A stretch of 64,000 nt of DNA from Octopus sinensis (GCF_006345805.1 NC_043014.1:40424001-40488000), one strand, 5' to 3'. Numbered from the stretch's first letter, positions 11,707 to 24,853 are shown. The notes: generated from the sequence alone by a model not told the origin. Numbers and translations: made by a program.

Positions 11707-13803
11707 ATATCATCATCATCATCATCGTTTAATGTCCGTTTTCTATGTAGGGATAGGTTGGACAGTTTGACTGAGGTCTGGAGAGCCAGTGGCTGCAACA
11801 GGCTCCAATCTGATCTGGTAATGTTTCTACAGCTGGATGCCCTTCCTAACGCCGACCACTCCGAGAGTATAGTGGATGCTTTTTAAGTGCCACGTTTGGA
11901 TGATGCTTTTACGGGCCACTGGCACGGGAGCCACTCAGTGGTGGGGAGGGGGCCACTGGCCACAGCTACAATATTGGTTTTACTTGACTCATCAAGTCTT
12001 CTCAAGCATATCATATAGCCTGACGCATCCGGGGTATTCTCAACAGGGTCTTCTCAATCACAGCATATCTCCAAAGGTCCCAGTCTCCTGTCATTGTCTT
12101 TTATTTTCCTAAAATTTTCATTGCGTCTTGCAACCTTTTCAATAGTCTTGACTCTGTCCATTATTTACACTATGTTCCCTTTTGTTTGTTTGCGGACATG
12201 TGTGTGGGTCAGTGTGTGTGTGTGTGTGCCTGCACGAAAAGAAAATGACCCTCCCCAGACACAACAGAATATGTTTCAACACACGAACTCATATAAAAAA
12301 TCTTGCAAACCAAATCCCAAAACGAAATAGTTCTATTTTTTTATGTCAGATTTGTCTGTGATTTCTCCATGATACAATTTCTTTTCTTGATTTCATGGGT
12401 TGCATTCCATAAGTATTCTCACCACCATTGCATTAGGGTACTGATTTATTTTCAGTTGCTTTGTTTGTTTAAGATAACTTTCGTTGAAGAGCACTTAACC
12501 TAAGAGATAGCTTTAATACCATGATATAGATTCATAACCTATTACATTAGAGTTACTACTGATGGTAAGATTGATAATTGAACTACTGTCAACAAACATC
12601 AAACACCACTGCTAATAATTATTATGCTGAATTATTATAATTATGCCAAGTCAATGAGTGCACTTAATTGGCTATTATACATGACTGCTATTCCCGGCAG
12701 TGCATTGTGTCCTTGAGCAAGACAATTTATTTCACGTTGCTCCAGTCCACTCACCTGGCAAAAGTGAGTAGTACCTGTATTTCAAAGGGCCAGCCTTGTT
12801 ACACTCTGTGTCATGCTGAATCTCCTTGTAAACTACGTTAAGGGTACACATATTTGTGGAGTGCTCAACCACTTACACGTTAATTTAATGAGCAAGCTAT
12901 TCCGTTGATTGTATCAGCTGGGACCCTCGTCGTTGCAACCGACAGTGTGTTCCTTTATGCATGACTGCTAATATTATATTAACAAGGCATGGTGGCGAGC
13001 TGGTAGAATCATTAGCACATCAGGAAAATCTCCACCAGTATTTAGTCCATCTTTACATCCTGATTTCAAATTCTGTCAAGGTCTACTTTGTCTTTCATCA
13101 TTTTGGGGTTGAATAAGTACCATTTGAATACTGGAATCGATGTAACTGACTTGCCCTTCCCCTAAAATTGTTGGCCTTGTGCCAAAAATTTGAAGCCAAT
13201 ATTTAAGGCGGTAAGCTGGGCAAAATGTTTTTGCAACATTTAGTCCATCTTTACATTCTGAGTTCAAATCCACCGAGGCCTACTTTGCTTTTCATCCTTT
13301 CGGGGCCAATAAAATATGTAGCTGTTGAGCACTTGGGTTGATGTAATCGATTTGTTCCTTCCCCTGAAATTACTGGTTTTATACCAAAATCTGAAGCCAA
13401 TATTTTATTAACAGGGTAAAGTGGCAAGCTGGCAGAATCATTAGCACACCAGCCAAAATACATTCTGAGTTCAAATTCCACTGAGGTCTACTTTGCCTTT
13501 TTTTCATCATTATTATTACATTGACCCAGTCCTCAACTGGTACTTGTTTTATCGAACCCGAAAGGATGAAAGGATAAGTCAACTTCGGTGGAACCCAATA
13601 ATTATAATACTGCTTTCTAACATAAACAAAATTCTTCAGCGAAGTGGACAATTAGTTAAACCAACGCAAATATATGTAAGAAATAATTATGATAATGCTT
13701 TCTAACATAAACACAGGTACATGATTTTGTGGGGAAGTGGATAGTTAATTAAATTGACATAACTATGTAACAAATAATTATAGTAATCCTTTCTACTATG
13801 AGC

Positions 13804-14105
13804 GTGGAGGTGCAATGGCCTAGTGGTTAGGGCCGCGGACTCGTGGTCGGAGGATCGCGGTTTCGATTCCCAGACCGGCTGTTGTGTGTGTTTATTGAGT
13901 GAAAACACCTAAAAGCTCCACGAGGCTCCGGCAGGGGTTGGTGGTGACCCCTGTTGTACTCTTTTGCCACAACTTTCTCTCACTCTCTCTTCCTGTTTCT
14001 TGAGTAACGCTGCGATGGACTGGCGTCCCGTCCAACTGGGGGGACCACATATACAACAGAAACCGGGAAACCGGGCCCATGAGTCTTGCTAGGCTTGAAA
14101 AGGCT
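13804..14105 (+). mobile_element. SINE family F
   Basis: tRNA-like head GGCCTAGTGGTTAGGGC..GGTTTCGATTCCC. Confidence 0.8.
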
Positions 14106-14709
14106 GACGTTTATCGTTTTTCTACTATAAGCACAAGGCCAGAAATTTTGGTGGAAGTGGATATTTGATTACGTCACCACTATTGCTACTCGCTTTTTAT
14201 CGTCCCCAAAGGGATAAAGAGCAGAGTCGAACTTAATGGAATTTGAACTGAGATTGTAAAGATGGACGAAATGCCACTAAGAATTTTGCTCACAGTACTT
14301 ATTTGAACCCAGAATGAAGACATATTACTAAATACTACTACCACCTCCATTTAAGCATAACCATAATAATGTAGTTTTGGTGGGATCTGTATAGATCTGG
14401 TCCACTCATTCCATTTCTCTCTAGGGGTCTTTGGCCATTGAAGTTATAGCAGGGGTCTACCTCTTACTGATCTAGTGGGGCAGAAACAACTAAGGCCATG
14501 TTCCTTGTCACATAGAGAGACAGAGTGGACTAAACAGAAAAGGAGGAAACATGTGGATGGAAGAGTTGCTGAAGAGGTCACAGGTGTGTGACGAAAGATT
14601 TCCAGATTATAATGGACATAAGATAAAATAAGAACAATTATATATAGTGCATGTATTTATTTGGCAAGTAAAAAAGTAAAAATGACCATCCCAAAATATA
14701 ACAACATAT

Positions 14710-15140
14710 CATCATTATTTAACATCCGCTTTCCATGCTAGCATGGGTTGAACGATTTGACTGAGGTCTGGTGAACCAGATGGCTGCACAAGACTCCAGT
14801 CTGATCTGGCAGAGTTTCTACAGCTGGATGCCCTTCCTAACACTGAGAGTGTAGTGGGTGCTTTTACGTGCCACCAGCACGAGAGTCAGTCAGGCGGTAC
14901 TGGCAACGGCTATGCTCAAATAGTGCTTTTTATGTGCCACCTGCACAGAAGCCAGTCCAGCGGCACTGGCAACGACCTTGCTTGAATGTTTTTTCATGTG
15001 CCACCAGCACACGTGCCAGTAAGGCGACGCAGGTAATGATCACGCTTGAATGGTGCTTTTTATGTGCCACTGGCACGGAGGCCAGTTTGTTGCTCTGGCA
15101 ATGATCACACTCGTATGGTACTCTTAATGCTCCACTAGCA
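14710..15140 (-). mobile_element. RTE 3' UTR fragment with internal degenerate GTGCC..GGCAC repeats
   Basis: Reverse complement of the RTE tail; similar to 44100-44545 and 47545-47997. Confidence 0.7.
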
Positions 15141-15289
15141 TGGATGCCAGTCATTGAATTTGATTTCAATTTCAAACGTATATTTAAGGGAATACATTGA
15201 CCCTTGCTGTGGTACTGCAACTAACTCTGCCATTCTACAGGTTATAACCGTTATTATTATAAACACTGCAAACAGATTTAATGTCCAAA

Positions 15290-15495
15290 CAACTACTACT
15301 GCATAAACATTGGTGCTGTCACTACTACTACTACTACTACTGCTGCTGCTGCTACTACTACTACTGTTGCTGCTGCTGCTGCTACTACTACTACTACTGC
15401 TGCTACCACTACTGCTGCTGCTGCTGCTACTACTGCTTCTGCTGCTACTACTACTACTGCTTCTGCTGCTACTACTACTACTGCTTCTGCTGCTG

Positions 15496-15582
<87 letters not shown>
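15290..15582. repeat. Compound (CTA)n/(CTG)n trinucleotide repeat
   Basis: Directly visible; produces the poly-S, poly-L and poly-V ORFs in the track. Confidence 0.97.
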
Positions 15583-15699
15583 AGTTTTCTGATATGTTCA
15601 CAGTTATATAGCGGCACAACAATCAATGAAACTATTCTTTTTTTTCCCGACCAACAATTTTTCTTTTTAACGTTTAACATTTTTTCCATGTATTTGCAG

Positions 15700-15915
15700 A
15701 AATCAATAGAAAGCTATGTGGATAAACGAGTGGGTAACACCTATGGACCCACGGCGGGGAAGAAGATGAGTGTCTTCATTGATGACATTAACATGCCAGT
15801 GGTGAATGAATGGGGAGACCAAGTGGCCAATGAAATCGTGCGTCAACTCATAGAAATGAATGGTTATTATAGTCTAGAGAAGCCTGGTGACTTTATAAAC
15901 ATTACAGATATACAG
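15700..15915 (+). CDS. DNAH5: Dynein heavy chain exon, AAA3 Walker B (VFIDDINMP)
   Basis: [10 protein letters not shown]...[13 protein letters not shown]...DIQ; 216 nt, phase 0-0. Confidence 0.96.
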
Positions 15916-16592
15916 GTTATTATTATTATTACTATTATTATTATTACTATTATTATTATTACTAATATTATTATTATTATTATTGAGTGAGAGAGCAGTG
16001 CATGCCACCAGAGTGACACTGGGGTAAAATATACAAAGCCCAGCATACTCGTCATGACTACCCATCTGATAAGGGTACACTAGGCACATGCATCACAATC
16101 ATATGTGCGCGACATGGTGATCTCATATCAAAATAAACAGCGCATGACCTTGCAGATGAGGACCAGTTAGAACTTTCTTCTGCTTGAGTAACCCATCCCA
16201 CTCAAAAGGTCCCTGAATAAAGGTTGTTTAAGGATGTTAAACCAGCAATATACAGAAAAACAGTGCCAGAACAGGTGCTGGTGTTATAATTAGCCAGTGA
16301 GCTTCTTAAAAAAAATATATATTAACCACAGAAGCATATTTTAAAACACACATATTTATTCTTTTATTCTTTTATATGTTTCAGTCCAATGACTGTGGCC
16401 ATGCTGGGGCATCGCCATTCATTTATATGAACTTTATTTTCACTAACGACAGCATTGTTTCTCTTGAACTCTAGCTTTATATTTTATTAAAACAAAATTA
16501 ATTGATTTTAATTTTACCACTAAAATAAAGATTAAGAATATGCTTAATAAATCTATTTTGAAATATTTTTTTTAACATTTTCTATTGCTTAG

Positions 16593-16823
16593 TTCTTGGC
16601 ATCTATGATACATCCTGGTGGAGGCAGGAATGACATTCCACAGCGCCTAAAGAGGCATTTTGCAATTTTTAATTGCACTTTACCATCTAATACATCAATA
16701 GACAAAATCTTCTCAACAATTGGTTTGGGTCATTACTGCAAAGAAAGAGGTTTTGCAGCAGATATCATAGAAATGGTTCAAAAACTTATTCCTCTTACAA
16801 GACGATTATGGCAGCTAACAAAG
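16593..16823 (+). CDS. DNAH5: Dynein heavy chain exon ([21 protein letters not shown]...LWQLTK)
   Basis: TAG acceptor, GTATGT donor, 231 nt, phase 0-0. Confidence 0.96.
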
Positions 16824-17599
16824 GTATGTATTGCCGTTGCTGTTGTTGTTGTTGTTGTTGTTAAGCAACAAGACAGGTAAGGGTGATTAGGTGATGGTCT
16901 AGGGCTTAAGGGCGGGAGACCCCAGACCTTGGAAAAAAAAAAACTTTGGTCGTCTTGTTGTAGTTGAGGGCTCTTTGTTGATGCCTGACACCAGTGGGAG
17001 GTGGCCCACGAAGTCGCTGGAAATGGAGATCTCCGGGTTCAAATTCTTGGATGGCTGCTGTTGCTGTTGTTTCCGTGATATAATTAGTAAATTACTTAAT
17101 GGAATGGAGAGTTGCTGCTAATTACATGCATGTGCATATGCATCCATACATGCATATATATTTGTGTGTGTGTGCATGTACACACACACACACACACACT
17201 GGCCTGTCTGCTTAGCCAGTGGTGTGGTATCATTTGAAAGCTACAACAATGCAAGGATGCATATTGTGACCAGCTGTATATAACAACATCTGATAGTGTT
17301 TGGTCAATATAGTGATATATACATAGGTTATTTAAGCTGATCCAGTGGCCTGTTATTTTGGCAGTTTCCTGATTTGTAGCTGGTTCCTTAGACAAATCAA
17401 AGACAGATGACTGGATATAGAAAACAAATCACTCCACATAGTCATGTACATGTATATGAGTGTGTATATTGTCACAATTGGGCAGCAAATCTTATATCAA
17501 GTTCTCAGATTTCAGTGATAGTAAAAAAACGATGAAGATGCTCCAGTGCTTATATTCAAAGTGTTGTCAGCTGGTATGTTAGGGCAGATCTGCATTCAT

Positions 17600-17957
17600 G
17601 AGGACAGGAACAGAAAACTTCACTGCTACAGTTAAGGTAGGTGCTTCAGTGGAGAGAGATCTGTAGAAGATCCCTTTCTCAGCCAAGCACAGCCAACACC
17701 TCCGACTACTGTTAATGTAAAGTTTACACTTTTCTTGTATCCTCCACTTGTCTTAATGTGTAGTATTTTCCCTCAATAGCTATATATACCTTGCTAGAGA
17801 TGTGACATTTTGCCTCTCCTTGATGTTAAATGAGGAATTATGGTTATTGAATCTGGTTCTGAAGGGACTTGCTGTCATGCCTACATGTTTTTGTACATCT
17901 GTCACTCTACTTGGATCCTTTGGTGCCACCTTTGCTTTATATACATTTTCTATATTG
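17600..17957 (-). mobile_element. Penelope-like retroelement relic, GIY-YIG endonuclease C-terminus
   Basis: VYKAKV..KHVGMTASPFRTRFNNHNSSF..SLARYI*LLRE..KCKLYINSSRRCWLCLAEK with in-frame stops. Confidence 0.8.
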
Positions 17958-18115
17958 CCGACCAAGAACCCACTGGCTTGACACCATCAAGAGTGATACC
18001 AGAATGGACATAGCCAATCTGAAAGAAGCGGCCCAGGATAGAACTGACTGGAGGACACTGATCCAATGAGTGACCGAGAGTCGACTTCGACTGAGCAGAT
18101 AGAGAGAGAGATATT
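17958..18115 (+). mobile_element. RTE (BovB-like) LINE 3' end
   Basis: RPRTHWLDTIKSDT..LKEAAQDRTDWRTLIQ*VTESRLRL followed by a short GA tail. Confidence 0.75.
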
Positions 18116-18344
18116 GCAATGGCCATTAACTTGATATGTGGTTACATCTCTATATGAATTCTGCCACAGCCTAAATATGTGTGGATAAAACATAGCAGAA
18201 ATATAAAATACTATGACAAACAGATATCAGACCATCCAAAAGGAGGAGAAATATGAAGTTAACATAATGTATAAAAAAACCCAATCTTTTTGTAAATATA
18301 AATTCATAAAATAACGACTACTAAAATACTTCATTCATAAACAG

Positions 18345-18508
18345 GTAAAAATGCTACCAACACCTGCAAAATTTCATTACATTTTTAACTTGAGAGACTT
18401 GTCCAGAATCTGGCAGGGAATGATCAATGTTGAGTCATCTGTCATCAATTCTACCAAATTATTGCTTGGTTTATGGAAACACGAATGTAGTCGTGTTATC
18501 TCTGACAG
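18345..18508 (+). CDS. DNAH5: Dynein heavy chain exon ([25 protein letters not shown]...[10 protein letters not shown])
   Basis: CAG acceptor, GTAAGA donor, 164 nt, phase 0-2; not in the ORF track. Confidence 0.96.
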
Positions 18509-19582
18509 GTAAGAAAGCTAGTTGTTCTTTATTTACTCTTATTTTATTTCTGTTATGATTTCAGTCATTAGACTGTGGCCAGGCTGGGATATCACCTTCA
18601 GGGTTGATACCCCAGCATGGCCACAATAATTTAAATCTGCTACTTATTTTATTGAACACTGTTCCAGAGGAATTACAACAGTGTTTAGTGGTCTGCTACC
18701 ACAACAGCTCCTTTATAGGATCCAGTTAGCTCAAGACATCTTTATAGGATCCAGTTAGCTCAGACCTCTTCTGTTTTGACGTGGTGGGGCCCCCTTCCTT
18801 TCAGAGGTATCTTCAGCTCTGGTGTTGGGTGCACATCTTCTTTCTTCTGTTCCCTGGCCTCTTTGATGTATCGTCAGCGAGTGTCAGCCAGTGACTGACT
18901 GACTTGTCAAATTATTCCCTTTAAATACCTGCCGCTAGGCTCCAGCTGGCAGCCCCAGCAAGTTGTCACGTGACACTGTCTCACCTTGACTGGCTAGTGA
19001 AGGCGCATAGTCTTAGACCGCGCATTCTCTAAACGACCGTCACCTGTCAGTCAGCGAAGCTCTTTGTCAGGCTTAGTGTCTTGAGATCGGCATTCAACAT
19101 TTTGTTCTTTACATCTAACGTTTTTTGCTTCATGTAAAAAGGAGCTAGTTACCAATCCATTGTTTTCTTTGTGGTAAGAATGGCAAAGCGGCTATTCTAA
19201 CTTTGGTGATGGTTGTGGAGAAAGTAGAACAGGAGATTAGGAAGAGAAGTTTCAAATCAATTTTATTCTTCTATAAGATATTCATCTACTCTTTTAAGTA
19301 GCAACTTAAGTGGGAAATGATGGAAGAATGAGAGAGAGAAGTTTTGCTCTTGTGTAAGTTTTATAGATGTAGTTAAGGCATGCTTCAGTTGGTTAAAGAC
19401 TTTAGTCATTTAGTTTTATCTAGAAGTTGGATCAGTGAGTAATATTTACCCAGAGTGGAAAACAGTTGGGATTTTGAAGGGTGTTGCAGCTGTTAATTGG
19501 CCTTTCTTAGGTGCAGAGGAAATCTATTTCATTTACCCACTATATATTTATGCTGACTTTCTCTCTCTTCCCCCCCTCTCTC

Positions 19583-19645
19583 TCTATATATATATATACA
19601 TATATACATATATACATATATATATATATACATATATACATATAT

Positions 19646-19705
<60 letters not shown>

Positions 19706-19714
19706 CATACATAG

Positions 19715-19764
<50 letters not shown>

Positions 19765-19790
19765 GTGTGTGTGTGTATGTAGAGAGATTT
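19583..19790. repeat. (TA)n/(CA)n microsatellite
   Basis: Directly visible. Confidence 0.95.
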
Positions 19791-19844
19791 TATGAGTAGA
19801 TGTCAGCATGAAGAACGGATGTTAAATTATGATGATAATGATGT

Positions 19845-20099
19845 ATTCTTTTATTCTTTTACACGTTTCAGTCATTTGACTGTGGCCATGCTGGAACACT
19901 GCCTTTAGTTGAATAAATTGACCCCAGGACTTATTCTTTTGTAAGCCTAGTACTTATTCTATCGGTCTCTTTTGACGAACTGTTAAGTAATGAGGACGTA
20001 AACACACCATCATTGGTTGTTAAGCTATGGTGAGGGGACAAACACAGACACACAAACATATACATACATACACACACATATACGTACACACACACACAC

Positions 20100-20170
<71 letters not shown>

Positions 20171-20868
20171 CTAGCAGTATCGCCCGGCGTTGCTCGGGTT
20201 TGTAAAGGAAATAACTATAAAGCATTTTTAGAGAGTTATAGCCAAAAAATAGCAAAAAAATGGGGAAAAAAATGATGGTAAAGTTTTTTTTGATAGTTAA
20301 AAAGGTCGAGTTGCGTCTGTGGTTTGTGTTTCTGATAGTCGACCCCATGTCGAATTTATCGATCTTTTTCAGAACTGGGGGAACTTTTCAAAATTTTCGC
20401 TGCGTTAGTTTTGAATTATGACATTGGGCTATGTGTGTGTCAAGTTTCATCAGAATCGGTTGAAAGCCGTGGTCAGAGTGAGGGTACAACCAAACAGACA
20501 CACAGAAACACACACAGACAAACTGCCGTTTATATAGAGAGAGATGTATATATAGTAGTAACAGGAAAGAAGGAATTTCGATTATCCCCACGTGGTGAGT
20601 TGTAATATATATAAGAAATTAAAAAAGAAAAATACATATAAGAAATTAAAATTATGTAAAGTGTGTGTATTTTCCTTTTTTAATTTCTTTATATATATAT
20701 ACGATGGGCTTCTTTCAGTTTCCATCTACCAAATCCACTCACAAAACATTGGTTGGCTTGAGGCTATATAGATGACACTTGCCTGCCCAAGGTGCCACGC
20801 AGTAGGACTGAACCCAGAACCATGTGGTTAGTAAGCAAGCTACTAACCACACAACCACTCCTGCACCT
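19845..20868 (-). mobile_element. SINE family C split at its internal microsatellite by a Helitron-like insert
   Basis: Tail half at 19845-20110, head half at about 20695-20868. Confidence 0.75.
20168..20545 (+). mobile_element. Non-autonomous Helitron-like element (DINE-1/Lep1 type)
   Basis: Starts TAACTAGCAGTATCGCCCGGCGTTGCTCGGG, contains CAAGTTTCATCAGAATCGG and an ACAG-type microsatellite, ends TTTATATAGAGAGAGAT; second copy at 52056-52442. Confidence 0.7.
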
Positions 20869-20934
20869 ATATGCATGCATCTGCGTGTGTGTGTATGTGT
20901 GATGTGTGTATGTATCTCTTGAATTTTACTGGTT

Positions 20935-21395
20935 TCAGCCAGTGGCCTTTCACCATGATTGGGTTTCTTTTCTGTACTGTTCCTGGTGAAGTCACAAGCT
21001 GGATGGAACTGCTCTTCTTTGTTGCCTCCTGCTTCAAAGTGGGTCCATCTGATATTTCAGATAAAAATTTGTCCAGATGCTCTTTGATGACCTTGCAAAT
21101 CTACACCTTGAAAATCTCTAAGATCATTTGGCAGAATGTTGAGTAGTTGTGGACCCCTAAAACCCAAGCTGTTACAGTATTGGCTCCTTATTTTGAGATG
21201 GAGAAGGCAGGATCTTTGATACTATACAGTGCATTCCTGTTCTGTGGTTGGTTTTGCTTTCAGTTCCAAAGTTAGGAGCTAGACCTTCCAAGATCTTCCA
21301 TATGTATATCATTGCATATCTTTCACACCTTCCTTCTAGGGAGTAGAGCTTCAATTCCTTTATCCTCTCCCAGTAGTTCATCTGTTCCACTGAGT
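20935..21395 (-). mobile_element. Degenerate CR1-group LINE, ORF2 C-terminus
   Basis: NYWERIKELKLYSLEGRCERYAMIYIWKILEGLAPNF, then frameshifts. Confidence 0.7.
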
Positions 21396-21569
21396 CAATC
21401 TTTGTGTAGTGGCATTAAATTGCCTGAAGTTCTGCTATCAATTGGCTATCTACTTAAATAATTAACTAAGCAAACAATCAATTAGTTAATAGGTTAAATA
21501 GTCAACCAATTGAGAAATAAATAATGGAAGAAGTAAAATAGAACCAGTGCATCTGTCTATTATATAATT

Positions 21570-21800
21570 TATTTCTTTATTGCCCATGGGGGGGGGCTAA
21601 ACATAGGGGGGACAAACATGGACACAGTGATTAAGGTGATGACATCGGCCCCAGTGCGTAACTGGTACTTATTTAATTGACTCCGAAAGGATGAAAGGCA
21701 AAGTCAACCTCGGTGGAATTTGAACTCAGAATGTAGCGGCAGACGAAATACTGCTAAGCATTTTGTCCGGTGTGCTAAGGATTCTGCCTGCTTGTCACCC
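21570..21800 (-). mobile_element. SINE family B
   Basis: Reverse complement of family B. Confidence 0.75.
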
Positions 21801-21940
21801 CGTCTATTATATTATTGGCATATTGACTTGCCCAAAATACAACAAAATATGTTTCAACACAGGAGTTTACATTATGAATCTTGCAAACCAATTACAAAAA
21901 ACTAGAAAGTGAAATAATAATCTCTTTTGATTTTGTCTAG

Positions 21941-22063
21941 GTTTGTGTTACCTGCTGATATTAAGTGGTACGAGAAAACAACGGAGCGTGTTGTTTTGGA
22001 GGACCTTGGACATGAATACCGTGAACAAATCCAGAAGACTCACTATTTTACAGATTTCCTCAG
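21941..22063 (+). CDS. DNAH5: Dynein heavy chain exon (FVLPADIKWYEK...YFTDFLR)
   Basis: TAG acceptor, GTATCT donor, 123 nt, phase 2-2. Confidence 0.92.
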
Positions 22064-22136
22064 GTATCTAAAGACATTTTTTAACAAGAATTTATGAATT
22101 TTAATAAGATTTATGCTTTTAACACATTTTATTTTA

Positions 22137-22630
22137 ATATGAGGGAGACTCAGAAATTATATGCACTCTTGCTTTTACAATGCATTTACACAAAAGCAGG
22201 GGATAAACAATATGTCATTTTTCTATATAGTCTTCTTCCTTTTCGATGCATTTGGTCCAGTAGTCCACAAGCTTGTGTATCCCCTTCAAGAAGTTTTGCA
22301 GTTGGTCATGTAGCCATTTATGCACCGCTTCCTTCACATCTTCATCTGTTGGGAATTGAATACTCTTTGTTCTTCTTTGGTTCACATTGCTTGTGGAGCG
22401 GCCATACTTACCCTGTAAAGCCAGAAAGAAAAATTGCATGATCAGGCTCAAACGTCGACCATGTATCCCCAATAGTACCAACTGTAAGCACACATGTCTC
22501 CGGACGTAGTGTTGCATGCTTACCTTTCTATGAACGCCACCATCCCTGAACCAAAACAATGGAATTCCACACTTCATAGTATACTGCTATCTTAGCTCGC
22601 TCTTGAACAGTCAAGTGGTTGGCCATCTGG
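22137..22630 (-). mobile_element. Mariner transposon relic
   Basis: C-terminus DEDVKEAVHKWLHDQ..GIHKLVDYWTKCIEKEEDYIEK; TIR-like TATGAGGG end. Confidence 0.75.
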
Positions 22631-22810
22631 AAAATAAGAAATAAGACAATAAGAAATCCCCATTAGTGTTGTCTGTTTAGAAAATGTTTTCATCATGACT
22701 TCAGTGATACTAAAAATTCTATAAACAATTTCTAATGCCTATTTACTATCCACCCACTCTGCATATGTCACAACAGTCTTACATTCATACACACAACATG
22801 CATATATACA

Positions 22811-22850
<40 letters not shown>

Positions 22851-23094
22851 AAATATATACGTTTTATTTATTATTTTGCACATTACTTAATCATCGTTAT
22901 ATGTTTTATCTTATATTTAATCTTTCTATAATATGTAATTTTTTTAAATGGTATAATTTAATTTTTCATTATTGAATTGATAAAAGGTGGGGTTTTTTCT
23001 AATTTTTATATATATATATATTATATTTTGTGAAATTTGATTTAGTATTTCTAAATTGAATTTTTCCCTGTAAGTCTGGAATAATATTCCTTCA

Positions 23095-23164
<70 letters not shown>

Positions 23165-23460
23165 TCATTTATTTATTTATTTATTTATTTATTATTCACC
23201 TTGCTCAGAACCTGCTCCTTGTGTAGATCTGAAATATATTATGGACTGTGCATTTAGTGCAGTATGCATTTCCTGATTAGCCTCGGGGTTCTTGATATAC
23301 TCAGTTGGGTACAGTTAATTGTATACATAACCTGAATATATTCCTGCCTGTACTCGCATATATATTCTTTCATTTTTGTTGTGTATGCATTTTCTCGACC
23401 TAAACTGGTGCCTTATCATTTAAGTACCTGATTCACTCAAATCCTGTTCTATTATATATG

Positions 23461-23498
<38 letters not shown>

Positions 23499-24404
23499 AA
23501 ATAAGCAACAAGGATATCCAGATATCCTTGTTGCTTATTTTGATTGTAATCACCCCATTTTGAATTATATGGATAATACCATACCAAATTCTGGTGCCTT
23601 TAACTTAAGTACCATATTCAACTGAATCTAAATTTTACTGATATGTATATATATATATATATATATATACACATACACACACAGACACAATGTGTTTGTG
23701 TATCTCATGCAACATGGTTAAATTTATAGTAAGATAACAGGATAATGCTTTTAGAAGGAGAGATTATGAAAGGTAAAGATGAAAGAAAATAAAAGAAAAT
23801 GAAACAAAATAAAATGCAATAAAAGGTACTTAGAGTACAAGGCGGTACAAGGAGGTTTAATTTTCTGTAATAGGTTTATGGATATAAATGTTTTTAAGGC
23901 TCATGGATATAAAAGTTTATGGATATAGAAATTTATGTAATCATTGACTTGAAAGCTCTCACAAAATAAGCTACAACTCTCAGCAAAAGGCTCTTTCCAG
24001 GTCACACACCATATGAAGGGTAAACTATCTGTCTTTCTATCTACCTATCAAACTATCTACCTATCTATCCATCTAGCTATTGATCTATCTATCTGTCCGT
24101 CTGTCTATATATCAACCTATCTATCTGCCCGTCTGTTTATTTGTCTACCTATCTACTTGCTATATCTACTTCTATATCCATAAACTTTTATATCCATGAA
24201 ACCTTTAAAACAATTGTAGCCATACAACTATTCAAGAAAATTCAAATTCCTTATACCTCCTCCTTGTACTCAACAACATTTTATTGTATTTTTTTTTTCT
24301 TTAATTTGCTTTCATCTTCCTTCTTTACCTTTCCTCTCCTCTCCTACTGATGGTGTAATACACTTATCTATACTTTGTGTTTGTTTGTGTGTGTGTATGT
24401 GTTT

Positions 24405-24812
24405 GTCACCATGATAGGTCATTAGCCACTACACACATTTTTTTCTCTCCTTGTCTTTTTCTGTGTTCCTTTCTGTAGAAGAGCGTAGGCTCGAAACGTA
24501 AAAGACTTTTTCTATTCCTGAACGTTATACTAATACATCTGTTTGTTTTGTACACCACCTGTCTTTGTCTTTTGTTTTTTTACGTAAACTCTCCCTATAT
24601 ATATTAATGTGACCGCGTGTGTACCGTTGGCGATTTTTTTCCTCTGTCTTCCCATCTCTGGATCTTTCCTTCTCCTATGTTTCCGATGAAGAGCTCTGCT
24701 CGAAACATTAAACCCTCCTTCTTCCCTTCCTTCCTGGGTGTCCAATAATACTATATTTGTACCACGTCCTCGCGTTGTTGTGTTTTCTCTTTGTGTTTTC
24801 ATGTTTGGATTA

Positions 24813-24830
<18 letters not shown>
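24405..24830 (+). mobile_element. Two adjacent short Penelope-LTR-like elements in (TA)n, each with a hammerhead-like motif
   Basis: Motifs at 24469-24504 and 24679-24713; the second element recurs at 29562-29745 on the minus strand. Confidence 0.65.

Positions 24831-24853
<23 letters not shown>

Noticed and set aside
15135-15699. Long poly-Ser, poly-Leu, poly-Val and Cys/Tyr ORFs, including a poly-Leu extension on the exon at 15700
   Set aside because: These are translations of a trinucleotide repeat. The exon has a good acceptor at 15699 that matches the phase of the previous exon.
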